A stretch of DNA of 64,000 nucleotides, taken from NCBI GenBank assembly GCA_016748015.1, contig JAAOMT010000226.1:248001-312000 (forward strand). The letters run 5' to 3'. The stretch is from Geosiphon pyriformis uo1 (lineage: Eukaryota; Fungi; Glomeromycota). A program made the translations under genes and the position numbers. The notes below the pieces were generated by a model. It saw only the letters and a list, made by a program, of their open reading frames with translations, was not told where the DNA came from and did not search any database. Each line of letters begins with the position of its first letter. Position 1 is the first letter of the stretch. This document shows positions 14,511 through 29,914 of the stretch, in pieces.

Positions 14511-16275
14511 GTATTTATATGTATTATAAAATTTATGTAAAATATATATATTTTTAAATTAAAAACTTTATTTTATATATATTTATTTATAATAAATTTG
14601 TATAAATAAAACATGAAACTAATAATCAATTATAATTTTGATCTGATTAACCAAATTTCTACAAGAACTCAAACTTAGAAAAATGTTAAATCAATTAACC
14701 TTATTTTTAAAAAACAAATTAGATGATATTATTTACATGATTTTCAATTTTCGAAAGATTACAAATATTTTTTTTATATATCTAGATAATTTGAATAGAT
14801 TTCCATTTCTATGAATTTATCTTTTTAAAGGTTTGATAATTTAAATTGGGTTGATTGGTTAGTTGGTTAGTTGGTTAGTTAGTTAGTTAGTTGGTTGGTT
14901 TGATGGTTGGTTGGTTTGATTAGTTGGTTTGATTATCTAGTAGTTGCTCCTTTCTTCCTTTTACTTGATTTGATCCTCTTTAAAGTTTTACAAAAAATAT
15001 CAACAATGAGATCTTGTAAAATGAGCCTAGCTTGAATTAAATTCGATTTGATTCTAATCTAAAGATATATTTAAGTAATCTGAGCATAATCAAAAATTAT
15101 TAAAGCTGCGTGTTAATTAAAACAGTATAATGTAATATGCAATTGAAATTTTAAAGAGTAAAGATAAACCATCCGAAGAGATTATATAGGGTTAAAACAT
15201 TATAACAGTATTCTTAAAATTATTATTATTGAAAGACCACGCGTATAAGTGATACCAAAAATAATGATTGAATTTTTTTTTTTGCTTTGATATTTTTAGA
15301 ATACAATTCACAGTTACTTTCTTGATAGCATAGATGGATAGATTAGTTTATTTAGGCATTTTAAATGATATCTAATTTTGGTATGAGTGAATGAAGGAAA
15401 CCGGGGATCATGAACTAACTTTTTACTTTACATATTTGTTTTTGTTATTCCAAATCCTTTGAATTTTTTTTTCTTTGAACTTATCACAGATGGTTAAAGT
15501 ATGGATGGGAATTTGTAAATAAAAAAGTGACACCTGCAAACAACAATTCCCATACATATACCTTGCATAATAATATCTCTTGAGTTGAACACTGTTCTTT
15601 TTCAAAATATAAAAAAAAATGTTTCTGATTTTTACCATCTTCGGTGTATTCATTTAGGTGCAGTTATTTTAAAGCAAATTTCCGAATTTCCTAGATTTTT
15701 TGTAGAACAAAAAATAAGACACGTTTATTTAAATTATTATCAATTGCTTTCTAATCTGTACTAAAATGGATGGAGAAGGTGGGGGACGGAAAAACTAAAT
15801 TTTTTTTTAAATTTAAATTTAATAATTCTTTGTTTCCTCTAAATCATCGAGGCTCGATCGTGAATTTTAATTGTTCGCACGTTTGATTTATTCATTTATT
15901 GATTGATTGACTAAAAAGACCACTTTTTTTGAATCACCACTATCTGTATGTATATATGTATATATGTATATATGTATAATGCACTACAGGAGTCGGAGAT
16001 AAAGATTTCGTAAAATGGTTGTGGAGGCGAATAAAGCAATGTATGATCATGTGGAGTCATAAAAATTTTTGAATTGTTGTAACACACACATAACCATTGA
16101 TTCTTTGAAATGGGGTTTCACCACATAAAAAGATGATTTAAAGTTTCCTCATTTACGTTGTTGTTATTATTATTATTATTATTATTATTGTTGTTGTTGT
16201 TGTTGTTTGATGATTATAATTTTTAATAGTCTCTATACAAGTTGCAATATATCACAAAATTTCTCAAGATTCTAG

Positions 16276-16308
<33 letters not shown>

Positions 16309-18439
16309 TTATTCTTGAAATGATCAATAATCCATTGTAACCTGTAAAATGATTGATATTTGATGAGATATCTGGATTAAGATTATATTGTGTGACTCAT
16401 TTAATTTAATTTTGTTTTAGTTTCTAATGATTTTAAGGAGTTTATATTTTGAAATATGATTGATAAAAAAAAATCATAATTGGCATTTGTTTTTACCAAC
16501 TTTCTCCTTTAATAATTATTGGCATTTAATCGAATAGTCACCTTTTATTTTAGAATTCATGATAGCACGATGAAACAATCATATGTTTCTTTCGTCAAGT
16601 GAAAAAAAAAATCATGTACATTCCGAGTTTGCATAGGAGTTTCAGAGCCTTTGATTCATAGTGAATTCTTTCTTTCTTTCTTTCTTTCTTTCTTTTTCCT
16701 GTCTTTTTGTTCTAATTATAATCATATCATGCCACCACATAAATGGTCAATCTACTACTACCTCAACCATATTAAAGAAATAAATTAGCTTTTTTCTCTT
16801 TGAACCTTCTAATTAAGGCTTAAAGCGTGAATGCAAGATTACATGAAATTATGCATGAATCCATGAAAAATAAACTTTTATGCATCATTTGGCATCACAT
16901 TGCTTTAAAAGGCGATGTGCATCTAGAATTTACTTTTTCTGTCTCGTCCTACATGAAATTACTTGAGCTTTGCCAAAACAATGATAATGATAAATTAGAA
17001 AAGATTATGTTAAACCACGTGAAAGAAAAATCCTTTGAAATCGGGAATAATAGGGAAGAGAAACGAGTTTTTTTTATGGGTCAATTTTTTGAATATCTAT
17101 TGTGTATCGAATTCTTCGAATGTTACAAATCCATTTCTAGTTTTCGATATTTCACGCCTCTCGAGAACTATTCAGATGATCCCATAACTTCATTAGGAAA
17201 TTGACTGATGAAAATATAATCATGAGTAAATTTTATATCTTCGATATTGAAAAAAAATTTATTATTAGAATTTAATTAAAATAATAATAGAATTTTAGAA
17301 ACTTGCTAAGAAATTTTTTAAAAAGATTTAAATCGTTATTAGATTTTGTTTGTTTGTTTGTTTATTTATTGTTTATTTGTTTATTTATTTGTTTATTCGT
17401 TAGTTGTTTTATTTATTTATTTATTTTTTTATTTTGTATCTCTTTTATTCAACTGTTGTAAATCCAAGGAAATCAAAAAATTTTTTGAAGTCATAATGTT
17501 GTAAAGTCCAAGCAATTTTACAAAAATTATAGAAAGGTTATTCAATATCTAGTTGTTTCATTAAAATCTCCTTGATCATCAAAGCCGAAAAAAAAACCCC
17601 TGTGATCAGAAGATCAATTGATCAAAGTGGAATTAAACTCGTAGGGAGTTAAAACCTGCTTTATAATAAATTATTGAAAAAAGAATTATTGTGACACATA
17701 GTCTTTCAGAGTGTATCCTACGTAAAATTTTTGTTATGTTTCTTTACCTGTTTTTTATTTTCTTACCTTTTATTATAACAAGATCATCTTTTATCACTGT
17801 AGTACGGTCATCGCTTTTAACAAAAATTATTTTTAACGAAACTTGAGATCAGAAACTTTTTAAAAGATAATCTTTGAATCCAGAAATAGTTAGTACTGAC
17901 TGTTGTTGTCTATATTTGAACGAAATTTATTGGAAATGATTTCTTGTAAATTAATTTTAAACAAATTTTTTTTTTCTTTTAAAAAAAAAATTGAAAAAAT
18001 AAACTGGAAAAAGTGTTTTCATACAACAATAAAAACGATAAAATGTATTGTTTAAACCTGTACCCAAAAAATTTCTTAATTCTCTCTCATTGCCACCGAA
18101 TCTGTATCAAAATATGCAGTATCCACCTGTCAATGTTAACCTAAAAAACTTTTAGCATTTATGAATTTCTAATAATTGCTCAAAACTGGATTTTTAAACT
18201 TAACTAGTGTCACTATAAGAATCCTTTTTCCTTATTTAAAATCCTTTTTGAGCCATTAGCAGTGATAATTTAATGAAAAGTTTTGGATTATCGCGCCAAT
18301 TTACAAAAACTATACTTGATATTAAAAATTTTGTCATTTTGCTTCATGTTGTAAAAATTTTCCTGTCTAGATACTTGATTTGACTGTTAGCGGGAAAATC
18401 TTGTTTAATAAAATGATATTTGAAATAATATGTAAGAAA

Positions 18440-18528
18440 GCACACACACACACACACATACACACACACACACACACATACACACACACACACACACATA
18501 CACACACACACACACACACATACATACA
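18440..18528. repeat. (CA)n microsatellite
   Basis: Directly visible. Confidence 0.95.
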
Positions 18529-20399
18529 CGCATGTTGATAAGTAAGGGTTTCGGATTTGTCGTGTACGTTTTGAAATTTAGTAATTCGGCATAATAACCA
18601 TTTTATCACATATTCCCATTTCTCTATCATCCAATTAGATGATGTCATGATCTTCTTCTTCTTCTTAATCACATATTTTCAGTTACATTTTTCACACACC
18701 TGACCTCAGAGAAATACATGTAATATCGTCTAGAAAAAAATAAAATAAAAAAGTCATATGAATCATTTGATATTTCCTCTTTTGAAAAATCACAAGACTA
18801 AAAATGATTATTTTAATCTAGAACAATGAAATAAAACTTACATCTTTTGTTCGTCATTGTTTTAATTTTGAAACAATTGGTCTAAGGGTATTTTCTTTTC
18901 CTGCATCATGCATTTTCCACTACCGAATATATACCATGAAAGATTATAAATGATTCAGAAAGGAAAAAATGATTCAAAAAGAGCAATTTTTTTTTCTACT
19001 TGATTATTTAAAAATTTTTTTTTTAAAAAAAAGCTGACATATTATAATTGTGTCATAATGAAAAGATGATGTAAGAGTTACTAATAATTTAAATTTAAAT
19101 TTAAATTTAAATTTGATTAGATTTAATTATTTTCTTTCAACAATAGTTAAACTTTGTTACATGCCTTTCCAATTTTCAAAGTAAAAAAAGGCTTTGCCGC
19201 TTTCATCAAAATTGGGTCATTCATTATACCTAGATTTAGTAATTTGAAAGAAACATTGGGAATGAAGCCACCATGCAATTTTATCCGAAAAGTGCAACAG
19301 TAACAACACATAAGCAGGTTGGTAAGCCGGTGAAACATATCATCCCACAGCAATACAAAGAGATTGACTATGATTGATTGTGTTTTGGCTCTCTATAACC
19401 CTATTGCATCATGAATCTTCGTCTATGATATATAAATTTTTGCTAGAAAATTTGGTTAAAATGTTGAAAACTCATAGTCGAAAACAGTTACTGCCCACCC
19501 ATCACTTAAAGGGAGAAAGAGTTTGAAAAAAATCCGACAAGGTACAAAATAAAATGATGACACCAATTGTGTAAACCTAGATTAAGGTTCACCCCTTTTT
19601 GAGTACCGGTGAATTTATGCATGTTGGCTGAATACATTACCAACTACCTTTTCTTTTTCGAAAATTGGGCCCAAGAATATTCAAAAGAATATTCAAAAGG
19701 TCTTTTGAATTTCCAAAAAAATCCATTTCCTGAATCAAGTTCATTGAAAATATGGTGTAATGACTTTTTTTTTTTTGGAAGTTGAAAAAAATTATCCAAG
19801 TGAAAGTTTATTTTCGAAAGTTAATCAAAAATTAAGTAAACTGGATTATCTTGACATTTCGGGTTTTGGTCGTTATGTTACTTCAATACTTGTATGATGG
19901 TCATGATTTTGCTTGAAAATATATTAAGCGTTTTTTAAAAGAGTAATAGGAGCTTCTTAAAAAAAGGGTCACAGGAGTCAAGATAACCTAAATATGGCTT
20001 TATTTAAGTCACAGGTTACACGTTTGATGTTTGTGTTATCTTTGAACAATTTTCCTCGTTGCCTTAAATAAAAATCCTGAAACTGATTTAAAGTTTTTGT
20101 GTGTTTTTTTTTATAGAATGCTTATGTTTTCAAAACAATTTACACTGTTTTTGAACATTATTATTATTATTATTATTATTATGTTGTTGTTGTTGTTGTT
20201 GTACTTGATTTTTGAAAAGAGATAAAAAAATTGTGCATTTACATTATCTAACAGGTTAAATTGTGTTCAACAAATGACAATAATAATTTTTAATCTGTTA
20301 ACAGGTTCTCAAAAAAAATTAGAAAAAAATAATGAAGTAAACTTAATCTCTTATTGATACGATTTTATTGTTTTTTTTTTCATTTTCTATAAAAGAATG

Positions 20400-23300
20400 T
20401 ATCTTATTATTATTATTATTATTTAATCAAGTTAATTAATCAAATTTAAAGAAAATCATTAATATTAGTTTTTAATATTTTCAATTAAATATTTTATTTG
20501 AGTAAAATTTTATTAAAGATATTATTAAATATCTAAGACAACTATTTTTTGTAAAAAAAAAATTAATAATTTACTTGGTTATATATGAAATTTTCATTAA
20601 AGTGAATGCTGTTAATGTGTATTATGATATTAATACCACTTTATTTTTAAAACAAGCATCAGAAAAAAATGAAACCAATTAAATAAATAGCTTGAAAATC
20701 ATAAATCTTATAAGAAAAAGAAAAAAACCAAAAAAAAACAAATAAACATTATTTATTTATATTTATCAAAATTATTTGGTTATAAATGATCAAGAAAAAA
20801 ATTGTTAATTGAAATTTAAAATTATATATATTAATACTATTATGTTCCAAAATTTATTTATTTTTTAATATATAAATATTAATTTAACAAATTGATTTAA
20901 ATAATAAAAGCTATTTTTAAAATATAAAGTCTTTTTTTTTTAATTTAAACAATAAATTATTTATTAATTAATGTAATAATTTTAATATTACTTTAGGATT
21001 TTTATAATTGAAATTTGTTTAAATAATTATTTATTATCATATTAAAATAATATTTAATATAAAATATTATAATATTTGATTTTAATTATTAAAAATCTAA
21101 ATATATTATATCTTATAATTAAAATGGTAATCAATTTTTTATAATTATTTTTTGAAATAAAAATTTAGTTTTTAAATAATAAACTTTATTAATTTAAAGA
21201 AATTAACATTATGTGCTTGTTTTTTATAATTGTTTTATTAAATATAAATAATGTATTTTTTTACATTTTATTATTTTAAAAATTTGTGTAATTTGTAATT
21301 TTATGTACTTTAATATAATTTATAAATAATTAAATTATTATTATTATAAATTGGAATAATATATTAACAAATAACAGAAAATAAAAAAATATAAATTTAA
21401 TATATAAAAATTTAATTAACATAATTAATTTCAAAATTACAGTTATTAATTTTTTTTAAAAAAATTTAAAAATTTATAATTGTTAATAAAGATAACACAA
21501 CTGCAATAATTCTATGTTTTAATTAATGTTGTTAAAATTCAATAATAAATATTAATAATTTTTAATTGTTTTTTATTTCGAAAAAAATATTAATTTTAAT
21601 TTAAAAAATTGTTGTAATTCTAAATATTTTTTAGGGTTTTACTTATATAGCTAAATAAAATAACCAAATAATCAAATCAATAACTAGATTGATAATCAAA
21701 TTATTGATTAAATTAATAACAAAATTAATAATTAGGTTAATAATTAATTTAAAAACTAATTTTAAAACCAAAATGACTAATATATATAATTTTAATATCT
21801 AATATATTATATAATTATAAATAAAATAACAAAAATCAAGACCAAAGACATGTGAAAAATTTATAAAATTTGGGTATACTATTTTGGTTTGAGTGTAAAT
21901 AGTGCGTAGTGTTGCTTTAATTGGCTCAGATGGCTGGTCACGTGTGGACAAAGCATAAGTTGTGTCTACTATAAAATGTGTATAGTTTTATGCGTATAAA
22001 TAGTTGTGGGCCTCACTTTGTTAAGTAATAAAAATATTGTTGACATTAAAATTAAACTTTAAATCTGTATTTTTATATTAAGCTTTACTAAAGTGGTAAT
22101 AACAGTATAGCAAATTAACTAACTATTTAAATATATGAAACAAAACCAACTAATTGATTTAAAAGGATATTTTTTAACCAAATAATTGAATTTGAACACT
22201 TATTATAGTATTTAAAACTAAATATTTTCTACCAAATTCAGTTTTTTCCAAGATATCAGTTTTAACAGCTGAAATATTAAAAGTTTTTGAATTTTGAAAA
22301 TTACAATTACATACATTTAACAATAAAAATTACCAAATAAAAAATATTTTAATTTAATTATTGACTTGATTAATTATATTATTAATTTTATAAACTATAC
22401 AGCCAAAAAAAAAGATGCTAATAAAGTCTTTTAAAGTAATATTTTTTCAATTTTAAAAAATTCAAACACTATTTTTTTACAAATTACATAATAACGAAAA
22501 AAACTAATTTTAAAACCACAACAATTTTGGCAATTTTAAATATTTTAATTATGCATTAACCACTAATGTTATATATACCTAATTATTTTAATTTTAAAAT
22601 TATTTGTTTACTTATTATTGATTACTTGTCAACTTAATTATTGACTTAGTTTTTTAATTTTTTTAATTATATAACCAAATTTTTTTAACGCTGTAAAAAA
22701 GTCGGGTGGCGATCCAAGTCTAATTTAGGATGACGTAGGCGTACGGGATAAGTCTAAAAATTTTCTCTTACAATTTATTAAATAATTAATACCTGTTATT
22801 TAATATTAATCAAAACATAAAATATATCAGCTGTATTGTTTTAATTAACAATAAAAAATTATTTTTTTACTTTTGATTTTTTTAAAAAAAATTCAAATTT
22901 GTGATTTTGGAATTAATTGCAATAATTAAATTACTTGTATATTTAATTTGTTTTTTTGTTAAAAATATCTTGTTGTTCCTAATTTTTTTTGCTATTTATT
23001 AATAAGTTATTCTAATTTATAATAAGAATAGTGTATTTATAAGATTTTTAAAATCTACTTTATTATTTGTTGTATAAAAAATTAGATATTTTCGTTACAA
23101 AAACAGAAATTACTTTGCTGTTTATGCAAAAAATAATTTAAAATACATATAAACCAATTTTTTTGTTCTTAATTTACTTTTCAACTGTATTAGAATTCAA
23201 TAAAATTTTCAAAATTGGTTTTTAATGAATATTTAACTGAAATTTATACTATTTATTCTGTTTATTTTAAAGACAGTTAAAAGAAAAATTGCATCAACCA

Positions 23301-25270
23301 ATTACTTTATTTAAAATCTGCTTTATTTTGAATATTTAAATTATTAAATTCACATTTAAATAGCTGTTTATATTTAGTTAAAATTTATCAAATTGGTTTT
23401 ATTTTTAAATTTATTTTTAAGTGAATTTAATACTCTATTACAAATTATTATATTTGAACCCAATAGTTGTTGTTCTTAAAAATAACATATTATTGGTTTT
23501 CAAAATATTTAAACAGCTTTTCGTCATCAAAATACAATGCTTTTGTTATTATTTGAAAAAATCTAGAACACCAATTTTAATATTAAAATAAAAATAATAT
23601 TAATATAATATATTCATAACTTCAAAAAAATTATTACTAAATACATTAAAGCAATTTGAAAGTTAATTAAATAAGTAAACTCTAATAAAAACTGAACAAA
23701 AAACAAAAAAAAATTTATTAAAGAATTAGATTAAAACTAATTGTTATTTGGAAAAAAAGTTGTTGATGTTAGAGTTTTTTTTGATGAAAAAAAAAGTTTA
23801 ATTGCTGGTCTGATATTATTAGTGTTTAGAGACTTTTTAACAGTAAAAACAATACTAGACTAGTTTTTTTGATGGTACTTTTACAAAAGAGTTAACAGAA
23901 TAGAATGGTGCTTTAATAGCAATCAAATTTGCTTCATTTAAAAAAAATAATTTTTACAATATTTTGTTTACTGCTTTCACTATTGAGAGAACTTTTTTGG
24001 ATTGTTGCTTCTTTTTTTTTCTCTGGTTGTGAACATAAAATTTACAAAATTAAGAAGCGAAAAAAGTGTTTATAAAATAAAAAGCTTGCAATAATCTTTT
24101 TTTATTTGCAATTATTAAAATAAAAAAGCAAAAAAATAATAATTTTAATTAATACATTGAATTATAATTTCTTTCAATCAAATTGACAAAACTTTATTCG
24201 AAAATATAATTAATCCGATTTTAATATCTTGTAAATTAGACGCCTTTATTAAAACCCATTTAATAATTAATATTTTTTACAAAAAAAAATTTGTAAATTA
24301 AACTAAAAAAAAATCAGCAAAAAATGGAAGAATTTGTAAATTATTTTGTAAAAAATTTGAAATTTTGGATGATTTTCGTTGCAATTTTTGAATATTAAAA
24401 AATAGGATATTTCAATAAATCACAAATGTATTTTTTAGAAAACTTTTATTAATTTATATTTTATTTCTTATTTTTTATTTTTTTAAAACTTCTCAAACTC
24501 TAATTTTAAATTTATTTTTATACTATATGGTTACGATTGTTTGCAAATCGTTGATATATTTTATTATTGAGACTTAATTCTTAATAATAAACGAAATATA
24601 ATTTATAGATTCTTTTATGATAATATTCAGAAAATGCAAAGATTAAATTTTTACCTTGATTTGCAAATTTTTGAGTGAAAAATTTATAAATTCGATGTTA
24701 ATTTTAATATAAAATAAATTAATTGAAAAGAATTATTAATTTAATTTGACTTGACTTGAAATCATTTTATATTAAGGAAAACAATTTATATTTGGCATGT
24801 GTGACTTATGCGATTTTTTTTTCAAAATTTTATTTCGGCACTTTTTCGAATTATCTCAAATCACTAGAATTTTTATTTACTTTTATAAATAAAAAATAAG
24901 TGTTAAACATTTAGGGTAACAAAAAATTTCGTATTTTTTAATAACTATTGTCATATTTTTTAATAGCATCCGATATGTACTTGAATAAATTCGAGCTTTC
25001 AACAATGCATTAGTTGTTGGGAAAAATTAAAGTTTTAGGCTAAATTTCGAAACCAAAAACAATTGTTTATATTTTACGGACATGAATATTTATCCATTAG
25101 AAAATAGTTAACTGAACGCATAATTCAACCCCCAATTGTCAAAATAAAATTTATTGGACATTGTTTTCATGTGTGAAATGAGAATAATGTTCAACATATT
25201 ATTAAGATAAACAGAGTTCAATTACTTACTTTGGTCAAATTAAGATATTAAATTAAAACTTAAAAATATT
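20400..25270. mobile_element. Extremely AT-rich eroded repeat/DNA-transposon debris
   Basis: GC and CpG drop sharply and there are no ORFs. Degenerate inverted repeats lie near 21640-21700 and 22615-22676. Boundaries are approximate. Confidence 0.4.
21870..22034 (+). mobile_element. Poly(A)-tailed dispersed repeat, copy 2
   Basis: GGCTCAGATGGCTGGTCACGTGTGGACAAAG...CTCACTTTGTTAAGTAATAAAAA aligns with 3243-3370, differing mainly by transitions. Confidence 0.65.
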
Positions 25271-26740
25271 TGCCCCATTTTTCCTTTTTAGTCTCATTTA
25301 TTTGAAATGACAAGAGCGAATACAAATATTAATGAATTTGAAGAGGATCAAGTCTAAAATTTTTCTTTCTCAAAGTTTCACAATATATATATATTGTTTA
25401 TTTTTATAAGGCTTTATTCTCATTTGAGCTCATTCAGTGATAATTTTCTAAAGTATCTTATCAATAATCACAAATATTGAATTGTTTTTTCTTTGAAGAA
25501 ATATCAAAATGAACTGGTTTCGCTTTAATTAATATTCTTCTCAAATTAAAAATCAAACTCAGTGGTAATGAATTCGATTATAACCAGATTAGGTCACACT
25601 AATACATGTAACCCAGTAAAAACTCAACTACAAACTTTAAAAACAGACAATTAATTTAAATGCATGAAAGAAATTAGCCCATGATTCCATTTACAATGTA
25701 CTATTCCAATAGAATTGTACTTGCCTTTTCTATCAAACTTCTCACCTGAGAGCTTTTCAATAAGATTAATAATTTCTTAATTTATCAATCATATCGGTTA
25801 ATTTGGATGAATAGTAGCACTCTATCAGAAATACCAGTAAACTGAGCACCTAACGTGTTTACTAAGCATCATATAATCCCCGTTAACCATTTAAGTGTTA
25901 GAGGAGATAGTTTTATTTATAAAAATACATTTTTTTTCTTTGCATTAAATATTAGTATACATAAAATTGTAGATTTTGGTAAGGAGAGACCTTTTTTACC
26001 ACAAAAGAATTAGATTATAATTTGAAACTGTCATTGTGTCTAATATGTAGGCTTTATATTGGACAAACAACATTATATCCTAAGGAGAGATTTCAAGTCG
26101 AACTAAACTCATGCAAAAAAAGGCTCATAAGTTTTAATATAATATAGTTTAATGTAAAAGTTTCCAATGCCAAAAGTTCTTCTATAGCGAAACTGATAAA
26201 ACAAATTTAGAATCTGACCAACTCGTTATTTTAATTTAAACTTTTTCTGAATTTCAATTAATCCAAATGTTACTCCTTTCCAATATTAAATAATAATAAA
26301 AACGAAAGAAACCAACAAGATATCATTAATTTGTGACTCTTTTCCAAAAAAAGCTTATCAAAAATTCTTGCAAGTATTCAAGAGTTAATGATTATAAAAA
26401 CAGCTTAGTTTACTCACGTTCGATGAATAATCACTACTCGATGAAATTGTGAATTAAAATATCTTACAAATTCGCTAAATCATGTGTATTCTTAAACATC
26501 TTTAGACTCGTCAAAAGTAGTTGCCAAACAACCCCGTCATCTAAATATATTTACCAAAAAAAGCAGTTTTCCAATCACTCATACCCAAAATCTTTTTTAG
26601 GAAGTTTCAAATTTACTGGCCTGTTGTTTCAAAACCTGATTTAAAAAATTAAAGTCTAAAACAAATAATAAATTAATTAAAAATTAGGAATTCGGGATTT
26701 TCTCATCCAACTATTTAAATTAGCCTACTACTAAAGAACA

Positions 26741-26826
26741 GATCAGAACAGAAAAGAACAGAACAGAACAGAACAGAACAGAACAGAATAGAACAGCAAC
26801 AGCAACAGCGCAGCGCAGCGTAGCAA
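26741..26826. repeat. (GAACA)n/(CAGCG)n pentanucleotide repeat upstream of the GPCR
   Basis: Directly visible. Confidence 0.85.
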
Positions 26827-27566
26827 AGTAAATAAATATATATGCCAACTTCCTAATTCAAACATCCAATCTTCAATTAGGGCTGTTACCCATTCTTATA
26901 CTTATGAAAATCATTTTCTATTTCTAGAGGGCCGGGTACTTTTGCTATTCAGGCAAACAAGAAATTTATCCCTTAAATTTCTCATTAACAGAGTGTAGAT
27001 CATTTTTCAATTTTGGGGAAAGTGAAAAGAGAAACAATTTTTTCATTCATAGATTCCCATTAAATCGACCCTTTTCCCAGTTATCACTCACCCAGTTAAT
27101 CGTTCAACCATACATCTATTGAATCAATAACCAATATTAGATGCGTGTTAGATTACCACCGGCAAGGGAATGTCAAAACATAAGTCCATACACGAAAGTG
27201 ACTCATTATTTGATGCATAATGTAATCTCCTAAAAAAATCCATTTTGAAATTATTGAACCAATTGCATCAAATCAATCAAACTTAAAAATGGTCGCGTTT
27301 CGAAACTTTAAATTGAGTTTACCAATTTAACCATCAAAAATTTTACCTTTTAACCCTTACATCCTCCTTCTCCGACTCCATTTCCTTCCGCAATCCTCCC
27401 TAAAAACTTCTCTTTTCATTCGCCTCAGTTCTTTCCAAAAAACAGTTCATATTTCAGTTCCATTCCTTTTATCTTGATCTTTGAACTGTGTTCATGGAAT
27501 GAATCAATTACAATCAAAATTCCAAGTTTCAACCATAATTTAAATTTCCACATTTTTTTGTAAAGA

Positions 27567-29914
27567 ATGAATTCAACGGATCATGATCAAACTACATACA
27601 CATTCATTAGACTAACAAATGAACAACGTAATCTTATACATAATGTTTCCATACCATTAACTTCCGTATCGCTAATATTATCATTTTTGAGTGTTTTGTG
27701 TTTTGTGGTCATTCGTCGATACCAGCCTGAACTAGCTGATCGAGTCTCATTTCGGCTAAGTGCTGCAAATAATGCTAGTGATCTTGCGTTCTCAATATTT
27801 CACATATTGTCCGTGGTTTGGATGCAGCCAACAAGATTATGCTCTTTGGCGGTGTGTACATGCTACCTTTTCAAAAAACTGCTTTGTAAAAATGATTAGA
27901 CCATTTTATCAGAATAAAAAACGATTCAATCAATCACTAAAAGGATTTTGAAATTTTGTCAGGCTTGGGGATGGTCATTTTTTTCACTATTGTGTATCTT
28001 TTACACAGTTTGCATAGCGCTGGTGAGTGCTCTCTATTATAAATATCTGTTTCCACTTTTCTGGCATCAAGATTCAATTGGAAATTTTATTCTCACCTTA
28101 AAAATAAAAATTCTCTAGAATCTACAACTTATATTTATTCATGAATACAAAGGACGACATACTTTGGAAAAATATTATTATGCATGTCCGATTATTTTAG
28201 CTTTGCTTCTCTCATTACTGCCTTTTTCACAGAATATGTGGGGGTATGATGAGATTGAATCGTAAGTAAAAATTAAATCTTTTAACAAAATTTCTTTTAA
28301 ATATCTATTCATTTATATTTATTTGTGATTCTTGAAATCAGAACGTGCTGGTACCGTGATTCTGGCAAAGCATACAATTTTATTTGGCAGGGAGCAACAT
28401 TTTTTGGTTGGATCTTGATCTCAATCCTTTATGGGTTATCAGTTGTCTTTGTCGTCTTCAGAAAATTGCGGTCCGCTACAAGCCAAATGAATAAAACACT
28501 GGACTCTTTACCTATAACCAGTCCAGCTAAACGTCAATTTCTCGAGGCAGTCAAACAACGTACTCTCGTGTCGGCAGTTGTACAAAGATTAATATGGTAC
28601 CCAATTATACCAGCAATGACCCAATTAACTAACTGTGTGCTTGAGATTCAAATATATGTTACGCAAGTTGTTTCGTTTCGGTTATTGTTGATTTGTTATA
28701 TCGCTGCTTCTATTCAAGGTAAGAATTCAATGATTTGAAATTTTGTATTTAATGAACTTCATTCTCAACACTCATCATTTCCAGGTACGTTGAACGCCAT
28801 CGTATTTTCACGAGATATGGCTATGATACGAGGATTTGAAAGTCTTCGAATCTATTGGTGGAAAACATACGTCAATCCATTTGAAGAACAGTATCCAAAA
28901 TTCTCACACAACAAGTCAGCTTACTTCCAAAAAGAAACTCATAGAGAACCTGAGCACTCAAAAACCGATTTGATTGAGTTGGACGATTTCGATAATAATA
29001 CAAGAGTCAATTCTCGAGATTTAGGAGCAAGTGGAATGAATCAATTTAACGCCCATTTAAATAACAATAATCCAATGTACCCATCTATTCCAGACTTTGG
29101 CAGTGTACTACAAGATATCTCATCATTTGATCGCGTTTCACTAAATATTGATTTAGAAGCGCAAGACGACGAAATCACAGAATCATTTCCATCGGTTTGG
29201 GAAAAAATTCGGTACTTTCTACTAATAACCATTATTCGAGCACCATCAGATCACGAAAAGTCCTTTCTAAATCATCCAGTCAAATCACCATCAACATCAA
29301 CATATATCATTCCAAGTGATGATACAATTCAAGTTCCTTCCAGGAACGAATCTATCCTTAATATCTACACCAGGAATGAAAATGAGCAACAAACTGGATT
29401 AAACCATACATTGAAACCTGAAAGGTTTGAAAAAACTCTCATCACCAGCGCCGCCGCCTCAACAAAAACTTCCCAAACAAAATCACTCGATTCTACAATT
29501 TCCGAAGATTCCGCTCAATCACCGTCATCTGCTAATCTGCACATGAAAAAAAGCTCATTTCTTGGAAGAATTCCAAGTTTCAAAAGCTTGACAGATAAAA
29601 CTTCATCTTTTAATTCAATTATGCCTATTTCACCCGTCGCTACATCAACAATTGATCAATCAAAAAAACATAGGAGTAGTCATTGGAATAGAAATGCGCA
29701 TAGCTCGAAATTTGATATTTCTGGCATGTTATTAAGTAATGATTTTGGAATTAATAGCATACCACAAAATATTCATACATCTCCGAAAAGCTCAGTTTTA
29801 GCAGATGAGGAGATAGATGACATGGAAAGCGATTATTCTCCATCGCTTCGATCATTTTATCGGCAGCTTAGAGCTTTTAGCAATGATATCGAACTAACGT
29901 TAAAGCAATTGTAA
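27567..29914 (+). CDS. 7TM G-protein-coupled receptor, cAMP-receptor/Git3-like, 664 aa (exons 27567-27851, 27963-28022, 28119-28261, 28342-28718, 28785-29914)
   Basis: Five exons join in frame (1995 nt) through GT-AG introns. Seven hydrophobic helices and family motifs DRVSFRL, SDL, C-x3-AWGW, CIALNLQLIF, LEKYY, WGYD...CWY, RLIWYPII and IQGTLNAIVF. Long Ser-rich C-terminal tail. Confidence 0.9.

Noticed and set aside
16827-17204. 125-aa ORF
   Set aside because: GTG start, no motif, no splice context, and composition like its flanks.
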